From: Acidobacteriota bacterium
Lineage (GTDB): Bacteria; Acidobacteriota; UBA6911
Length of the DNA stretch: 64,000 bases
Assembly: GCA_963664705.1 (NCBI GenBank)
Contig: OY761556.1
Coordinates: 2,208,001 to 2,272,000 of the forward strand
Direction: 5' to 3'
In this document: piece after piece, positions 29,234 to 38,437 of the stretch
Position numbering within the stretch: position 1 is the first letter of the stretch
Layout: each line of letters begins with the position of its first letter
Made by a program: the position numbers and the translations under genes
The notes under the pieces: generated by a model
Seen by the model: only the letters and a program-made list of their open reading frames with translations
Told to the model about the DNA's origin: nothing
Databases searched by the model: none

Positions 29234-30511
29234 ATGCGACAATCAGATAATGGTGATCCATCCAGGCGAAGGGCTATCCTCCGGATCTCGATTACGGACA
29301 TGATTGGCCTGCGCGTCCGCACAAAAGACGCCGGCAAAACCCCGCCGGAGTTCCTCTATCAATCACTGCCTGAACGCGGAATGTCCCTGCTGGCATCCAT
29401 TCCATTGGGAACCGCCACCATTTCCATTCCGCAGCAGCATGGCTGCTACCCGATCTCCAGATCCCTGCCTGCACCCGGAAATGGGCTAGTCATTACCTAT
29501 GCCCGCCGGGAAAATGGACGATATGAAGCTGCCGCGGTTCTGCACGGCACGGAATCCTATGCTATCGATGAATTCCACTCCAAAGCCTGCCGTTGGGTGG
29601 AAGAGCATGCCGGCAACCTTCAAACACTTCCCGGCCGCTTCGTCTATTGCTCGCCCTCGATTGAGGAATGGGGAGTCATCCTGCGGGACGGCGGATTCGC
29701 CGTCTATGACCCTTCGTTTATGCGATTCGACCTCACTGCGGAGATAATTCAAGGGCGATGCATGCCTGGCGCCAGCGGCGTAATCATGCGATTGCCGGCA
29801 TGCCCGGAAACTCTCTCGGGCACAGGGGACTCTCTGCCCGCTTTTACACCGGTCGAACTCACCATGGATCCTCAGCCGGATCCTGCCGGGGCATGGATGA
29901 GCTTTGCTGAATGCCAGCGATTGAGGGCGCTCCAGTCCCGTCCTCCGGAGAAAATAATCCGCCCGCTGAAGGAATGGATCCAGACGCTCACCAATGAAGC
30001 CGGCTTAAAGAGCTGGACTTTTTGCAAAGGCATGTTCTTCGGAGATCACGCGGAGTGGTGGGGCGAAGGAAATCGGCGACGCACCATGCATGAGGGCATT
30101 GATTTTACGCAGGGGCAACTGCAGGACGGCTCCCGGCGAAGTATCCCGGAAGGAACACCGGTCCGGTCCATTGCTCCCGGAGAGCTTATTACAGTTCTCG
30201 ATGACTTCCTGAACAAGACGCTGGTCGTGCGGCATCCGGATATCCGCGACGAAGCCGACAACGTTTTGCACACACTTCTCAGCCATATCCAACCGGTGGA
30301 GACGTTGGCTCCGGGACCGGTTGCCCGGGGACAGCTGCTTGGACATGTCCTGAGGTCAAAAAACGTTGGAGCCCCTCCGCACCTTCATCTGTCAGGCGCA
30401 TGGATTCCGGAGTCCATTTCAGCAAACAGCATCACGATGGACATGATCAACGCGGCATTCATGCCCATCGTGCTGATCAACTTCAACTGCCTTCTGGATG
30501 CAGGGAAATAG
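29234..30511 (+). CDS. M23-family peptidase-like domain fused to an unknown N-terminal domain
   Basis: HEGIDF (HxxxD), GTPVRSIAPG, V.RGQLLG, PHLHL (HxH); start uncertain. Confidence 0.65.
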   Translation: MRQSDNGDPSRRRAILRISITDMIGLRVRTKDAGKTPPEFLYQSLPERGMSLLASIPLGTATISIPQQHGCYPISRSLPAPGNGLVITYARRENGRYEAAAVLHGTESYAIDEFHSKACRWVEEHAGNLQTLPGRFVYCSPSIEEWGVILRDGGFAVYDPSFMRFDLTAEIIQGRCMPGASGVIMRLPACPETLSGTGDSLPAFTPVELTMDPQPDPAGAWMSFAECQRLRALQSRPPEKIIRPLKEWIQTLTNEAGLKSWTFCKGMFFGDHAEWWGEGNRRRTMHEGIDFTQGQLQDGSRRSIPEGTPVRSIAPGELITVLDDFLNKTLVVRHPDIRDEADNVLHTLLSHIQPVETLAPGPVARGQLLGHVLRSKNVGAPPHLHLSGAWIPESISANSITMDMINAAFMPIVLINFNCLLDAGK

Positions 30512-30589
30512 CAGGCACCGTTTGAAGCCTTCCAGGGATTCGCGTTTTGAAATCGGCCACGATTCCCGGGATTTCGAAGGAGAGACACG

Positions 30590-30979
30590 ATGCAATCCTT
30601 GTCCATACGAACTCAGAAGCATACGCAGTTTCTCGATATTACGAGCCAGGTTCAGGCTGCCGTCGCAGGCAGCGGGATGAAGGACGGAGTCATCACGGTC
30701 TTTATCCCTCACACGACGGCTGGAATTACCATCAATGAAAATGCCGATCCGGATGTCGTTTCCGATATGGCGGAAGCACTGGGAAACGCCATCCCCTGGG
30801 AGGCCGGATACCGGCATTCCGAGGGCAATTCCGCGGCGCATGTCAAAGCAAGCCTCATGGGATCCTCGGTTCAGGTTATCGTCGAAGCCGGCATTTTACG
30901 ACTTGGGACCTGGCAGGCTATCTATTTTTGTGAATTTGACGGACCGAGATTGCGCAATGTCTGGGTTCAGGGTGGATAA
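30590..30979 (+). CDS. yjbQ: YjbQ family (secondary thiamine-phosphate synthase-like) protein
   Basis: PHTTAGITINENADPDV, H.EGNS.AH.K, LGTWQ.IYFCEFDGPR. Confidence 0.92.
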   Translation: MQSLSIRTQKHTQFLDITSQVQAAVAGSGMKDGVITVFIPHTTAGITINENADPDVVSDMAEALGNAIPWEAGYRHSEGNSAAHVKASLMGSSVQVIVEAGILRLGTWQAIYFCEFDGPRLRNVWVQGG

Positions 30980-31078
30980 TATCGATCAATGTATTGCGGA
31001 TTACGCGCCGACGTTGATACGATAGGCTGCAATAATATAACTCGCACTCAATGATGTTTTACCAGGAGGTTATGACAC

Positions 31079-32485
31079 ATGGCCGGGATTTTTGGCTCTG
31101 TTTCCAAAAAAGGAAGCTGTACGCAGGCGCTTTATTATGGGATCGATTACCACTGCCACCTCGGAACGGATTACGCAGGCATGGCGGTGTTTGGAGATAA
31201 AGGGATCGAGCGAAAGATCCATGACATTCGCGGGGAAAATTTCAGACCCAAGTTCCAGCAGGATTATGCGCGGATGAGCGGCAAGTACGGCATCGGCGTG
31301 ATCGGCTACGACATTCAACCCGTCGTGTTTTCATCGCGCCATGGCCTGTTCTCCATTGTGATGAACGGCAATATTGCGAATCTGTCGGAAATAGTCACCA
31401 CGCTGCAGAACCAAGGCTCCAACTTTGCGGAAGTCCAGCCCGATTCCAGCATCAGCCCGGCAGAGGTCGTGGCTGAATTGATCAGCAAAGCCGAGAACCT
31501 GGAGGCCGGCATTCAATCCGTCTTCAGCCATATCCGCGGGTCGGCATCCATACTGGTCCTGACCAAAGACGGCATCTATGCCGCACGCGATCTCTACGGT
31601 CATTCAGCTCTGGTGATAGGAGAAAGCGAAGAGGGCTTTGCGGTGACCACGGAAACGACCGCCTTCCCCAACCTTGGGTTTGCCCCGATTGCCGAGCTTC
31701 TGCCCGGAGAAATCGTAAAGATCAATGAGCAGGGGATCGAGAAAAGGCACGAAGGAGATCGCGAAAAAGCGAGAACATGCGCCTTCCTCTGGGTGTACAC
31801 CAGTTTCCCCGCAACATCTATCGAGGGCATCAACGTGGAAGGAGCCCGCTACCGGAGCGGCTCGCTTCTGGCCAGGCGCGATAAGGCTGCCGGATTTACG
31901 GCCGATATTGTCGCCGGAGTTCCGGACAGCGGAGTCGGGCACGCGATAGGATATGCCAACGAGTCGGGAATCCCTTATGCCAGGCCAATCGTCAAATACA
32001 CGCCATCCTGGCCAAGAAGCTATATGCCTTCCGATCAGTCCACGCGTGACCTGATCGCAAACATGAAGCTCATTGCCATCCCGGAATTGATCCGGGGCAA
32101 ACGCATCGTCATCTGCGATGACTCTATTGTGCGCGGCACGCAGCTCCGCAAAATGATCAAAGATAAGCTTCTGGCTCACGGAGCCAAAGAGGTGCATCTC
32201 CGAATCGCCTGCCCGCCGCTGATGTTTCCGTGCATTTTCAACCAGTCCACACGAACGACAAAAGAACTGGCCGCGCGAAAAGCGATCCGCATCCTGGAAG
32301 GAGAAGACATCCAGAGCACCGGCGAATATATCGACAACAAATCAGCCGGGCACGAAAAAATGGTGGAAACAGTGGCGAAGGAGCTTGGAGCAAATTCGCT
32401 GATGTATCAACGCCTCGATGACATGGCCGCGGCAATCGGGCTGCCGACGGACCGTCTGTGCACTTATTGCTGGATGGGGAAATAA
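31079..32485 (+). CDS. purF: Amidophosphoribosyltransferase-like protein lacking the N-terminal Cys
   Basis: NGNI.N, RD.YG, GVPDSG, DDSIVRGT PRPP loop, ACPP..FPC, LCTYCW; begins MAGIFG after AGGAGG. Confidence 0.85.
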   Translation: MAGIFGSVSKKGSCTQALYYGIDYHCHLGTDYAGMAVFGDKGIERKIHDIRGENFRPKFQQDYARMSGKYGIGVIGYDIQPVVFSSRHGLFSIVMNGNIANLSEIVTTLQNQGSNFAEVQPDSSISPAEVVAELISKAENLEAGIQSVFSHIRGSASILVLTKDGIYAARDLYGHSALVIGESEEGFAVTTETTAFPNLGFAPIAELLPGEIVKINEQGIEKRHEGDREKARTCAFLWVYTSFPATSIEGINVEGARYRSGSLLARRDKAAGFTADIVAGVPDSGVGHAIGYANESGIPYARPIVKYTPSWPRSYMPSDQSTRDLIANMKLIAIPELIRGKRIVICDDSIVRGTQLRKMIKDKLLAHGAKEVHLRIACPPLMFPCIFNQSTRTTKELAARKAIRILEGEDIQSTGEYIDNKSAGHEKMVETVAKELGANSLMYQRLDDMAAAIGLPTDRLCTYCWMGK

Positions 32486-32493
32486 TGGATTGG

Positions 32494-32540
32494 GGACACG
32501 GAAAGTATAAAGAAATCTTTCCGTGTCCTCCGTTTTTCTT
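32494..32540. terminator. Hairpin terminator between convergent purF and XDH-like genes
   Basis: GGACACGGAAAG...CTTTCCGTGTCC followed by a T-rich tract. Confidence 0.7.
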
Positions 32541-32555
32541 CGGCGTTTTTCCCGC

Positions 32556-34994
32556 CTAGGCTTTGCCGAGCGCCTTCAAAACAGAGTCCGGTGTGACCGG
32601 ATAGCTGTCGACCCAGACCCCCAGCGCATTATGGACGGCAGGCACGAGCAGTGCCGGAACCACGGTGGCAACATCTTCTGCAATTCCGATGATTCCGTAC
32701 GGGCCATATCCCATGCCGGTTTCAACGAGATCAGTGTTTACCGATCCGATGTCCTCGATTGTGGCGATTTTGTAATCCAGAAGGTTGCCGTTGAGCATGA
32801 CACCGGTGGCCGGATCGTGAATCACCTCTTCGCTGCGGCCGCGTCCTACGGCCATATAGGTTCCGCCGTACTGCTGCCCCTCGCAGCCCTCCCAGCTCAC
32901 GACTTTTCCCACGTCATTGACATTTACAACCTTGGTGACCTCAACCTCGCCTGTCTCCGGATCCACCTCGACTTCCATAAAGTGCGCCTGCCGGCACAGT
33001 CGCAGACGCTGGCTGGCATAGGCTCCCTGCTGCACTTGCCAACCGTAGGCAAAGAGCGGTTCCGTAAAGTTGCTCCGCTGGGCGCCCTTTCCCATTTCCG
33101 GCTGCGTGGTGATCGGCCCTTCGCCGCCGGCGGGCCCCACCAGTTCCGCGATCGTTTTTCGAATGGAGGGATCTTTCCTGACGAATATGATGCTGTCCTT
33201 GATGTCCAGGTCTTCCGGGGTCATTCCCGGAAAAACCGGAGGGAAGCTTCCCCGGATCGTCTGCCCCTGGGGTTTGGTGGCCAGCTCCAGAATTCTGCTG
33301 CGAAGAATTCTCGCGGCATTCCGGACGGCAAATCCGTTGACAGACATATTCGTGGAAGAGTCCGGGGTCATGGTAAAAAAGCCAGGATCCGTATGGGGAC
33401 GATAAAACACATCTTCCATTTTCAGCCCAAGCTCATCCGCGGCAATCTGGCAATAGGCTGTTTCAGCGTTTACACCGATATCGCATCGCATGCCCAGGAT
33501 GTTGGCGGTGCCGTCATTCCGCTCAATTCGTATCGCAATTTCACTCGATCCGGAAGAATCCTCCCACTCGTGAGTCCAGGCAAAAGCCATGCCGTGCATT
33601 TTTCCGTTCGGCAATCTTCTGGCGCCGGCGGCATGCCATTTGCCGTCCCAGTCGATTGCAGTCTTCCCTTTCTCCACACATTCCTGGAGACTGTCTCTGA
33701 CCTGGAATCCCATCGCGGCTTTCTGCTCATTCAGCCAATCTATGTCGTGCCCCTCGGCTCCGTCATTCTTGAGCGCAATCTCGACGGGATCCATCCCGAG
33801 AGCTTCCGCGACACGGTTGGTAATCAGCGTAAGCGTCAGGCAGTTTGAGTTCTGCTCACATCGAGTCGGAACATTGGGTCCTTTGTTCACCTGGATTGCT
33901 TCCAGCTTCGCGGCAATATTTTGAATTTTTGTATTTTCGCCAAGATGATGGAACGCGCCGAAAACGGGGAACCATTGATTGGCAACCATCGCTTTCCCCT
34001 CGACAGCGGTGATGGTTCCATCCTTTTGAAATCCCACTTTGATCCAATAGATTCCTTCGTCCATCTCGCCGCCGTAGAAATCTTCTCTGCGGTCGAACAC
34101 CCACTTCACCGGCCGGCCGGTGCGTTTGGCAATCATGGACGCACAGAAGTACGGTCCCATGTTCCACGAACAATGGCTCCAGCCGCCAAAGCTGGCTCCC
34201 TGATAAAGACAATGGACTTGGACTCGGTTCATAGGAACACCGGACCATTCCGAGATTGCCTTCTTGCTGATGAGCGGGTGCTGGTGTTTCAGCCAGAATT
34301 CAGGATATTCGCCGTTCCAGCGAACCACGCCACACGGCCGTTCCGGCCCCATCCAGGTATTGGCGGTGCGCGTCACTTTAAACTCGATCGTCTGATCCGC
34401 TTCGGAAAATCCGCGGACAACATCCCCGTGCTTTTCGACATCGAGGAATCCTTCGTTGTAATGATTCCCGTCCGGAGACATTTCGGGATTTGCCAATGGT
34501 GCGTCCCTCAGGGCTGCCTTCTCCGGATCAATCACAAAGGGCCTTTCGTCCCACTCAACCTCAATCAAGCTCAGCGCTTCATCCACAATTTGCTCGGTAT
34601 CCGCGGCAACCATGACCCCAACTTCCTCTCCCTGGAAGTAAGCGGTATCCGGCAGCACGGTAACCTGGTTCGGCACATGCCCACCCAGGTTGGCCAGTTT
34701 GGGAATCTCCGGATCATCGTAGCGCAGCACCGCGCGGACTCCTGGATAGGATTCGGCCTTACGGGTGTCCATGCTTCGAATCCTTGCACTCGGATAAGGA
34801 GAGGTGAGGAATTTGGCATGCAGCATTCCAGGGAGTTGCAGGTCAATTGTATACACGGCGCGTCCGCTTGCCTTTTCATAGCCATCCAGACGCCGGACTC
34901 CGCGTCGGCCTATGGCAGCGTAGTCCTGCAGCGGGAATTGGTCGGAATTCAGATTGTCCAGCGTTTCCGCGATCTTGCGCATTTCTTCGTTCAT
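32556..34994 (-). CDS. Xanthine dehydrogenase/aldehyde oxidase family molybdopterin-binding subunit
   Basis: RLDG.EKASG.A.Y..D..LPGML.A....SP, GASFGG, QIAADELG, EVEVDPETGEV, EGQ..GG, L.DYK; ATG 34994 after GGAG; no 2Fe-2S or FAD domain. Confidence 0.9.
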   Translation of the reverse strand: MNEEMRKIAETLDNLNSDQFPLQDYAAIGRRGVRRLDGYEKASGRAVYTIDLQLPGMLHAKFLTSPYPSARIRSMDTRKAESYPGVRAVLRYDDPEIPKLANLGGHVPNQVTVLPDTAYFQGEEVGVMVAADTEQIVDEALSLIEVEWDERPFVIDPEKAALRDAPLANPEMSPDGNHYNEGFLDVEKHGDVVRGFSEADQTIEFKVTRTANTWMGPERPCGVVRWNGEYPEFWLKHQHPLISKKAISEWSGVPMNRVQVHCLYQGASFGGWSHCSWNMGPYFCASMIAKRTGRPVKWVFDRREDFYGGEMDEGIYWIKVGFQKDGTITAVEGKAMVANQWFPVFGAFHHLGENTKIQNIAAKLEAIQVNKGPNVPTRCEQNSNCLTLTLITNRVAEALGMDPVEIALKNDGAEGHDIDWLNEQKAAMGFQVRDSLQECVEKGKTAIDWDGKWHAAGARRLPNGKMHGMAFAWTHEWEDSSGSSEIAIRIERNDGTANILGMRCDIGVNAETAYCQIAADELGLKMEDVFYRPHTDPGFFTMTPDSSTNMSVNGFAVRNAARILRSRILELATKPQGQTIRGSFPPVFPGMTPEDLDIKDSIIFVRKDPSIRKTIAELVGPAGGEGPITTQPEMGKGAQRSNFTEPLFAYGWQVQQGAYASQRLRLCRQAHFMEVEVDPETGEVEVTKVVNVNDVGKVVSWEGCEGQQYGGTYMAVGRGRSEEVIHDPATGVMLNGNLLDYKIATIEDIGSVNTDLVETGMGYGPYGIIGIAEDVATVVPALLVPAVHNALGVWVDSYPVTPDSVLKALGKA

Positions 34995-35181
34995 TGGCTG
35001 CTCCGGATTTGTTGCCACAATATGACAAATGCCTTCGCAAATTCCACTGTATTCGTTATCCGCTTGAAATGGGAAAAGTCCCTGAGGCGATCGGATCGTC
35101 AAGGCATAAATCGTGAAATGCCTTTGACTTGGACCGGCGTCCATTTTAGCATTAGGGCACAGGTATAGGGAGGACAGGTGA

Positions 35182-35583
35182 ATGCCGCATAATGATAAAG
35201 ACGATTCGAAACAGACGGTTTCCAAAACGATCTCGCGCCGAGACTTCGCAAAAGGCTCGATGGCCGTGGTGGGGGCCTACTCCTCTTTTGCCCAGGAACC
35301 GCCTCCGCCTCTGTCCGATGCGGCCAAAGAAATAAAGCTCGAACTATCCGACGATGTGCAAAAGGTTCTAGATGAAAGGCACATCACCGAGGAGGATATC
35401 AAGCGGGTGATTGAAAATGCCGAGAGTACCGGGCTGAAGCTCTACCTGCCGGGAACGCAGAACTTCCTGTCAAAGCTGCGGATATACCAGGCATTGTTCT
35501 ATGTGGAGTATACGCTGGTGGAGAAGAATCGCTTTAAGGTTCATACGGCATATCTGCACCGATTCAAACTGGGGGAGGAATGA
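35182..35583 (+). CDS. Small protein with a twin-arginine-like leader and a domain resembling the C-terminus of DVU_1558-type oxidoreductases
   Basis: SRRDFAKG leader; V...LDERHI.EEDI..VI..AE..G...YVEY......V.TAY.HR; GGGAGG RBS. Confidence 0.65.
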   Translation: MPHNDKDDSKQTVSKTISRRDFAKGSMAVVGAYSSFAQEPPPPLSDAAKEIKLELSDDVQKVLDERHITEEDIKRVIENAESTGLKLYLPGTQNFLSKLRIYQALFYVEYTLVEKNRFKVHTAYLHRFKLGEE

Positions 35584-35584
35584 C

Positions 35585-35770
35585 ATGGCCGACTGGTATT
35601 GCTTTCAGGATAAGGAGAAGATGGTCGAGGCCCAGGTAACCCTAAGCTATATGATGCTCTCGCAGAGAGTCCCTGGACTCAGATGCCCGGTTTGCGGCAC
35701 CGAGTATCTTACCGAAAAGACGGTCATGTCGATTGTGAAGGAAGCGGAAAACATACTCGAAGGAAAATAG
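35585..35770 (+). CDS. DVU_1557-like small redox/zinc-ribbon protein (61 aa)
   Basis: WYC....MVE..V.L.Y........RCPVCG..YL.E......EAE..LE.K; ATG after GGAGG, coupled by TGACATG. Confidence 0.75.
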   Translation: MADWYCFQDKEKMVEAQVTLSYMMLSQRVPGLRCPVCGTEYLTEKTVMSIVKEAENILEGK

Positions 35771-35779
35771 TCTCCACGC

Positions 35780-37093
35780 ATGGCCATTGCTCAAAACCAA
35801 ACCGAGAGCCTCTGTCCTTATTGCCTCCGGCAAATCGACGCGCGCAGAGTGCGCGACGAAGATTCCGTGTACCTGGAAAAATCGTGTCCCGAACACGGAG
35901 ACCTCGAAAGAGTTCTTGTCTGGAAAGATTCCCCCTGGCCTTATGAAGCATGGGACCGCGGAAGATCCAAACCGCACGCAACCGTCGCGCAATCTCAAAC
36001 GGATCCGTCCCAACTGCAGGGCTGCCCCCTCGATTGCGGAATCTGCAGCCGCCACGAACAAGCCACCTGCACGGCTATTATCGAAGTGACGCGGGAATGC
36101 AATCTGCAATGCCCGGTTTGCTTCGCCTCAGCGCCAACCGGAACCGGAGCAGGTCCGGATTTGTCCACAATCGAGGAAATGCTGATCACCGTGCGAACGA
36201 CGCGGGGAATTTGCCCTATTCAGCTCAGCGGGGGCGAACCGACGCTTCGGAATGATCTGCCTCAAATCGTGGAGCTTGCCCGAAAACTGGGATTCGATCA
36301 TATTCAAATCAACACCAACGGCATCCGCATTGCCCGGGATGAGTCATTCGCGCAATCACTCAAGGACGCAGGTGTCACCGATTTCTTTCTCCAGTTTGAC
36401 GGCCTGACCGACGATGTCTATGCACGGATTCGAGGCGCGCGACTTTTGACGGTCAAGCTTCAGGCTATCGAACGCTGCGCTCAACTAAAAGTGGGGGTCA
36501 TTCTCGTTCCAACCCTGGTCCGCGATGTCAATGACATGCAGATAGGACAAATCATCCAGTTTGCAAAAAAATGGATTCCCACGGTGAAGGGCGTCCACTT
36601 CCAGCCAATGACCTATTTGGGCCGGTACCCGGATTCACCCTGCAATAGCGAGCGTATCCTGATCCCGGAAATTCTGATAGCGATAGAGGAACAGACGGAG
36701 GGAGAGCTGCTCGCCGAAAATATGGTACCGCCTGGGTGAGAGGAGCCTCACTGCTCCTTTTCCGCCCTCTCCGTGCTGAGAGAAGATGGGATCCTGACGG
36801 CCACGACACGCTTTGACACTCCGGCGGGAGCAGTCTATTCCCACGAAAATGCTGCCGAGAAATCAAAGGACTATGTCCGCCGCCACTGGAGATATCACGA
36901 ACCCGCGCCCGACTCCCAAGACATCCTGGAAAGAGCCAAAAGTCACACTCTGTGCATTTCAGGCATGGCATTTCAGGATGCGTGGAATATTGACCTTGCG
37001 CGGCTCAGGCGCTGCTGTATTCACGTTGTTACGCCGCAAAAAAAAGTGATTCCCTTCTGCTCCTATTACCTAAATACCGGAGTCAGGCCCTGA
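35780..37093 (+). CDS. trsS: TrsS-like radical SAM selenoprotein, 437 aa, Sec at codon 320 (TGA 36737-36739)
   Basis: SLCPYC...CPEHG, GCPLDCGIC, CNLQCPVC, QLSGGEPT, HFQP; in-frame continuation PPG-U-EEPHCSF into ISGMAFQDAWNIDL.RL.RCC.H...IPFC. Confidence 0.85.
36740..36782 (+). promoter_or_regulatory. Candidate SECIS hairpin(s) after the TrsS TGA
   Basis: GAGGAGC-CTCACT-GCTCCTT (36740-36759) and CTCTC-CGTGCT-GAGAG (36767-36782). Confidence 0.5.
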
Positions 37094-37099
37094 AAAAAT

Positions 37100-38437
37100 A
37101 TGATTTATTTGGAGGGGTGGATCCGTCAGATTGTTGCACAGGTGTTGAACCGGACGGCTGTGGATCGTGCGGCCATCGATGCCTATCAATGTCTCCGGCT
37201 GCGCCAGACGCTGCGCTATGCCTATGAACGAAGCTCCTTTTACCGGCAGCATTTTAGCAGCGCCGGTGTCACTCCCGATGACATTCATGATATAAACGAT
37301 CTTTCCCGCCTGCCCTTTACGGAACCGGAGCATTTGGCCGCCTCGCCTTATCGGTTTCTTTGCATTTCCCAATCCGAAATTGCCCGCCCGCATGCTTTTG
37401 TTACCTCCGGTACAACGGGACCGCAAAAAAAAGTTTTCTGGAGCCAGCGCGATCTGGACCGGATTGTCGAGTTTATGGCTGCAGGCATTGCGACGGTTGC
37501 AGACGAAGAGGATGTTGTGCAGATCCTCCTTGCAGATGGACGCCCGTACAGCCAGGCGGATCTGCTGTACCGAGGCGTGCAAAGGCTTGGAGCCAACCCT
37601 GTGATCAGCGGTATGGATATTGGCTCGGATGAACAGCTGCGCATCCTCGAGGAGTCTCACGCGACGGTGCTCTTCGGATACACCCACCAGATCTTTCGCC
37701 TTTCAAAAGACCTTCAAAACAAAACGGACCTTGCCGCCAGGAAAGTAAAGGCGCTTTTCCTCGCCGGAGCTTACGTACCGCCATTGATGCGTCATGAACT
37801 GGAGCATATCTGGAATTGCCGGGTTCACACTCACTACGGATTGACCGAGATGGGATTGGGCGTAGCGGTCGAATGCGATGCGCATGCGGGGTATCACTTC
37901 AATGAAGCCGGCCTTCTTATCGAAGTTGTGAATCCGAAAACAGGGATTGCGGCAGCTCCCGGGGAAGAAGGAGAGCTTGTGTTTACAACGCTTGCCCGCG
38001 AAGCCATGCCGCTCATCCGCTACCGTACACGTGATCTGTCGCGAATACTCCCGGATCCGTGTCCGTGCGGCGCACACAGCCTGCAGCGAATCGACTATGT
38101 CCGCAAGCGGCTGGAATCCATGATTTCGCTTGGCGGGAAAGAAGAAATCTATCCAGCGCTGCTGGATGATGCGCTCTATGGGATTCCTGGCTTGGTGGAC
38201 TACCAGGCGGTGCTGATGCGGGGGGAGAGCCTGTCCCGGCTGAAAGTTACGGCGGATATGTTGTCGGAGAATGCCCATGCATCGGAACAGATCCGTATGC
38301 AGCTACAATCAATTCCGGCCATTGCCAGGAGCATGGCAGCCGGAAAACTGGCCCGTCCAGAGGTCTCTATTGCGGCTCCCGGCGCACTGAAATCAGCCGG
38401 TCGCGAGAAGAAGCTGATAATAGTCAACAGCCAATAG
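37100..38437 (+). CDS. Phenylacetate-CoA-ligase-like AMP-forming enzyme (DVU_1553-like)
   Basis: S.FYR, LPFT, TSGTTG..K, HYGLTEMG, GELVFTTL.REAMPLIRYRT.D, CPCG. Confidence 0.85.
   Translation: MIYLEGWIRQIVAQVLNRTAVDRAAIDAYQCLRLRQTLRYAYERSSFYRQHFSSAGVTPDDIHDINDLSRLPFTEPEHLAASPYRFLCISQSEIARPHAFVTSGTTGPQKKVFWSQRDLDRIVEFMAAGIATVADEEDVVQILLADGRPYSQADLLYRGVQRLGANPVISGMDIGSDEQLRILEESHATVLFGYTHQIFRLSKDLQNKTDLAARKVKALFLAGAYVPPLMRHELEHIWNCRVHTHYGLTEMGLGVAVECDAHAGYHFNEAGLLIEVVNPKTGIAAAPGEEGELVFTTLAREAMPLIRYRTRDLSRILPDPCPCGAHSLQRIDYVRKRLESMISLGGKEEIYPALLDDALYGIPGLVDYQAVLMRGESLSRLKVTADMLSENAHASEQIRMQLQSIPAIARSMAAGKLARPEVSIAAPGALKSAGREKKLIIVNSQ

Noticed and set aside
32523-35168. Long plus-strand ORFs (441 and 415 aa) opposite the XDH-like gene
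   Set aside because: Antisense shadows with no RBS or recognisable domains.
26698-36739. Treating the two in-frame TGAs as nonsense mutations or a genome-wide UGA reassignment
   Set aside because: Both fall at Cys-like motif positions with intact downstream frames, while many other genes here (tdh, osmC, yajQ) end normally at TGA.
35780-37093. Calling the radical SAM gene a true tetraether/GDGT lipid synthase (Tes)
   Set aside because: It shares the N-terminal motifs, but its neighbours and the PPG-U-E..CSF site fit the TrsS-like subgroup; a phylogeny is needed before any lipid claim.
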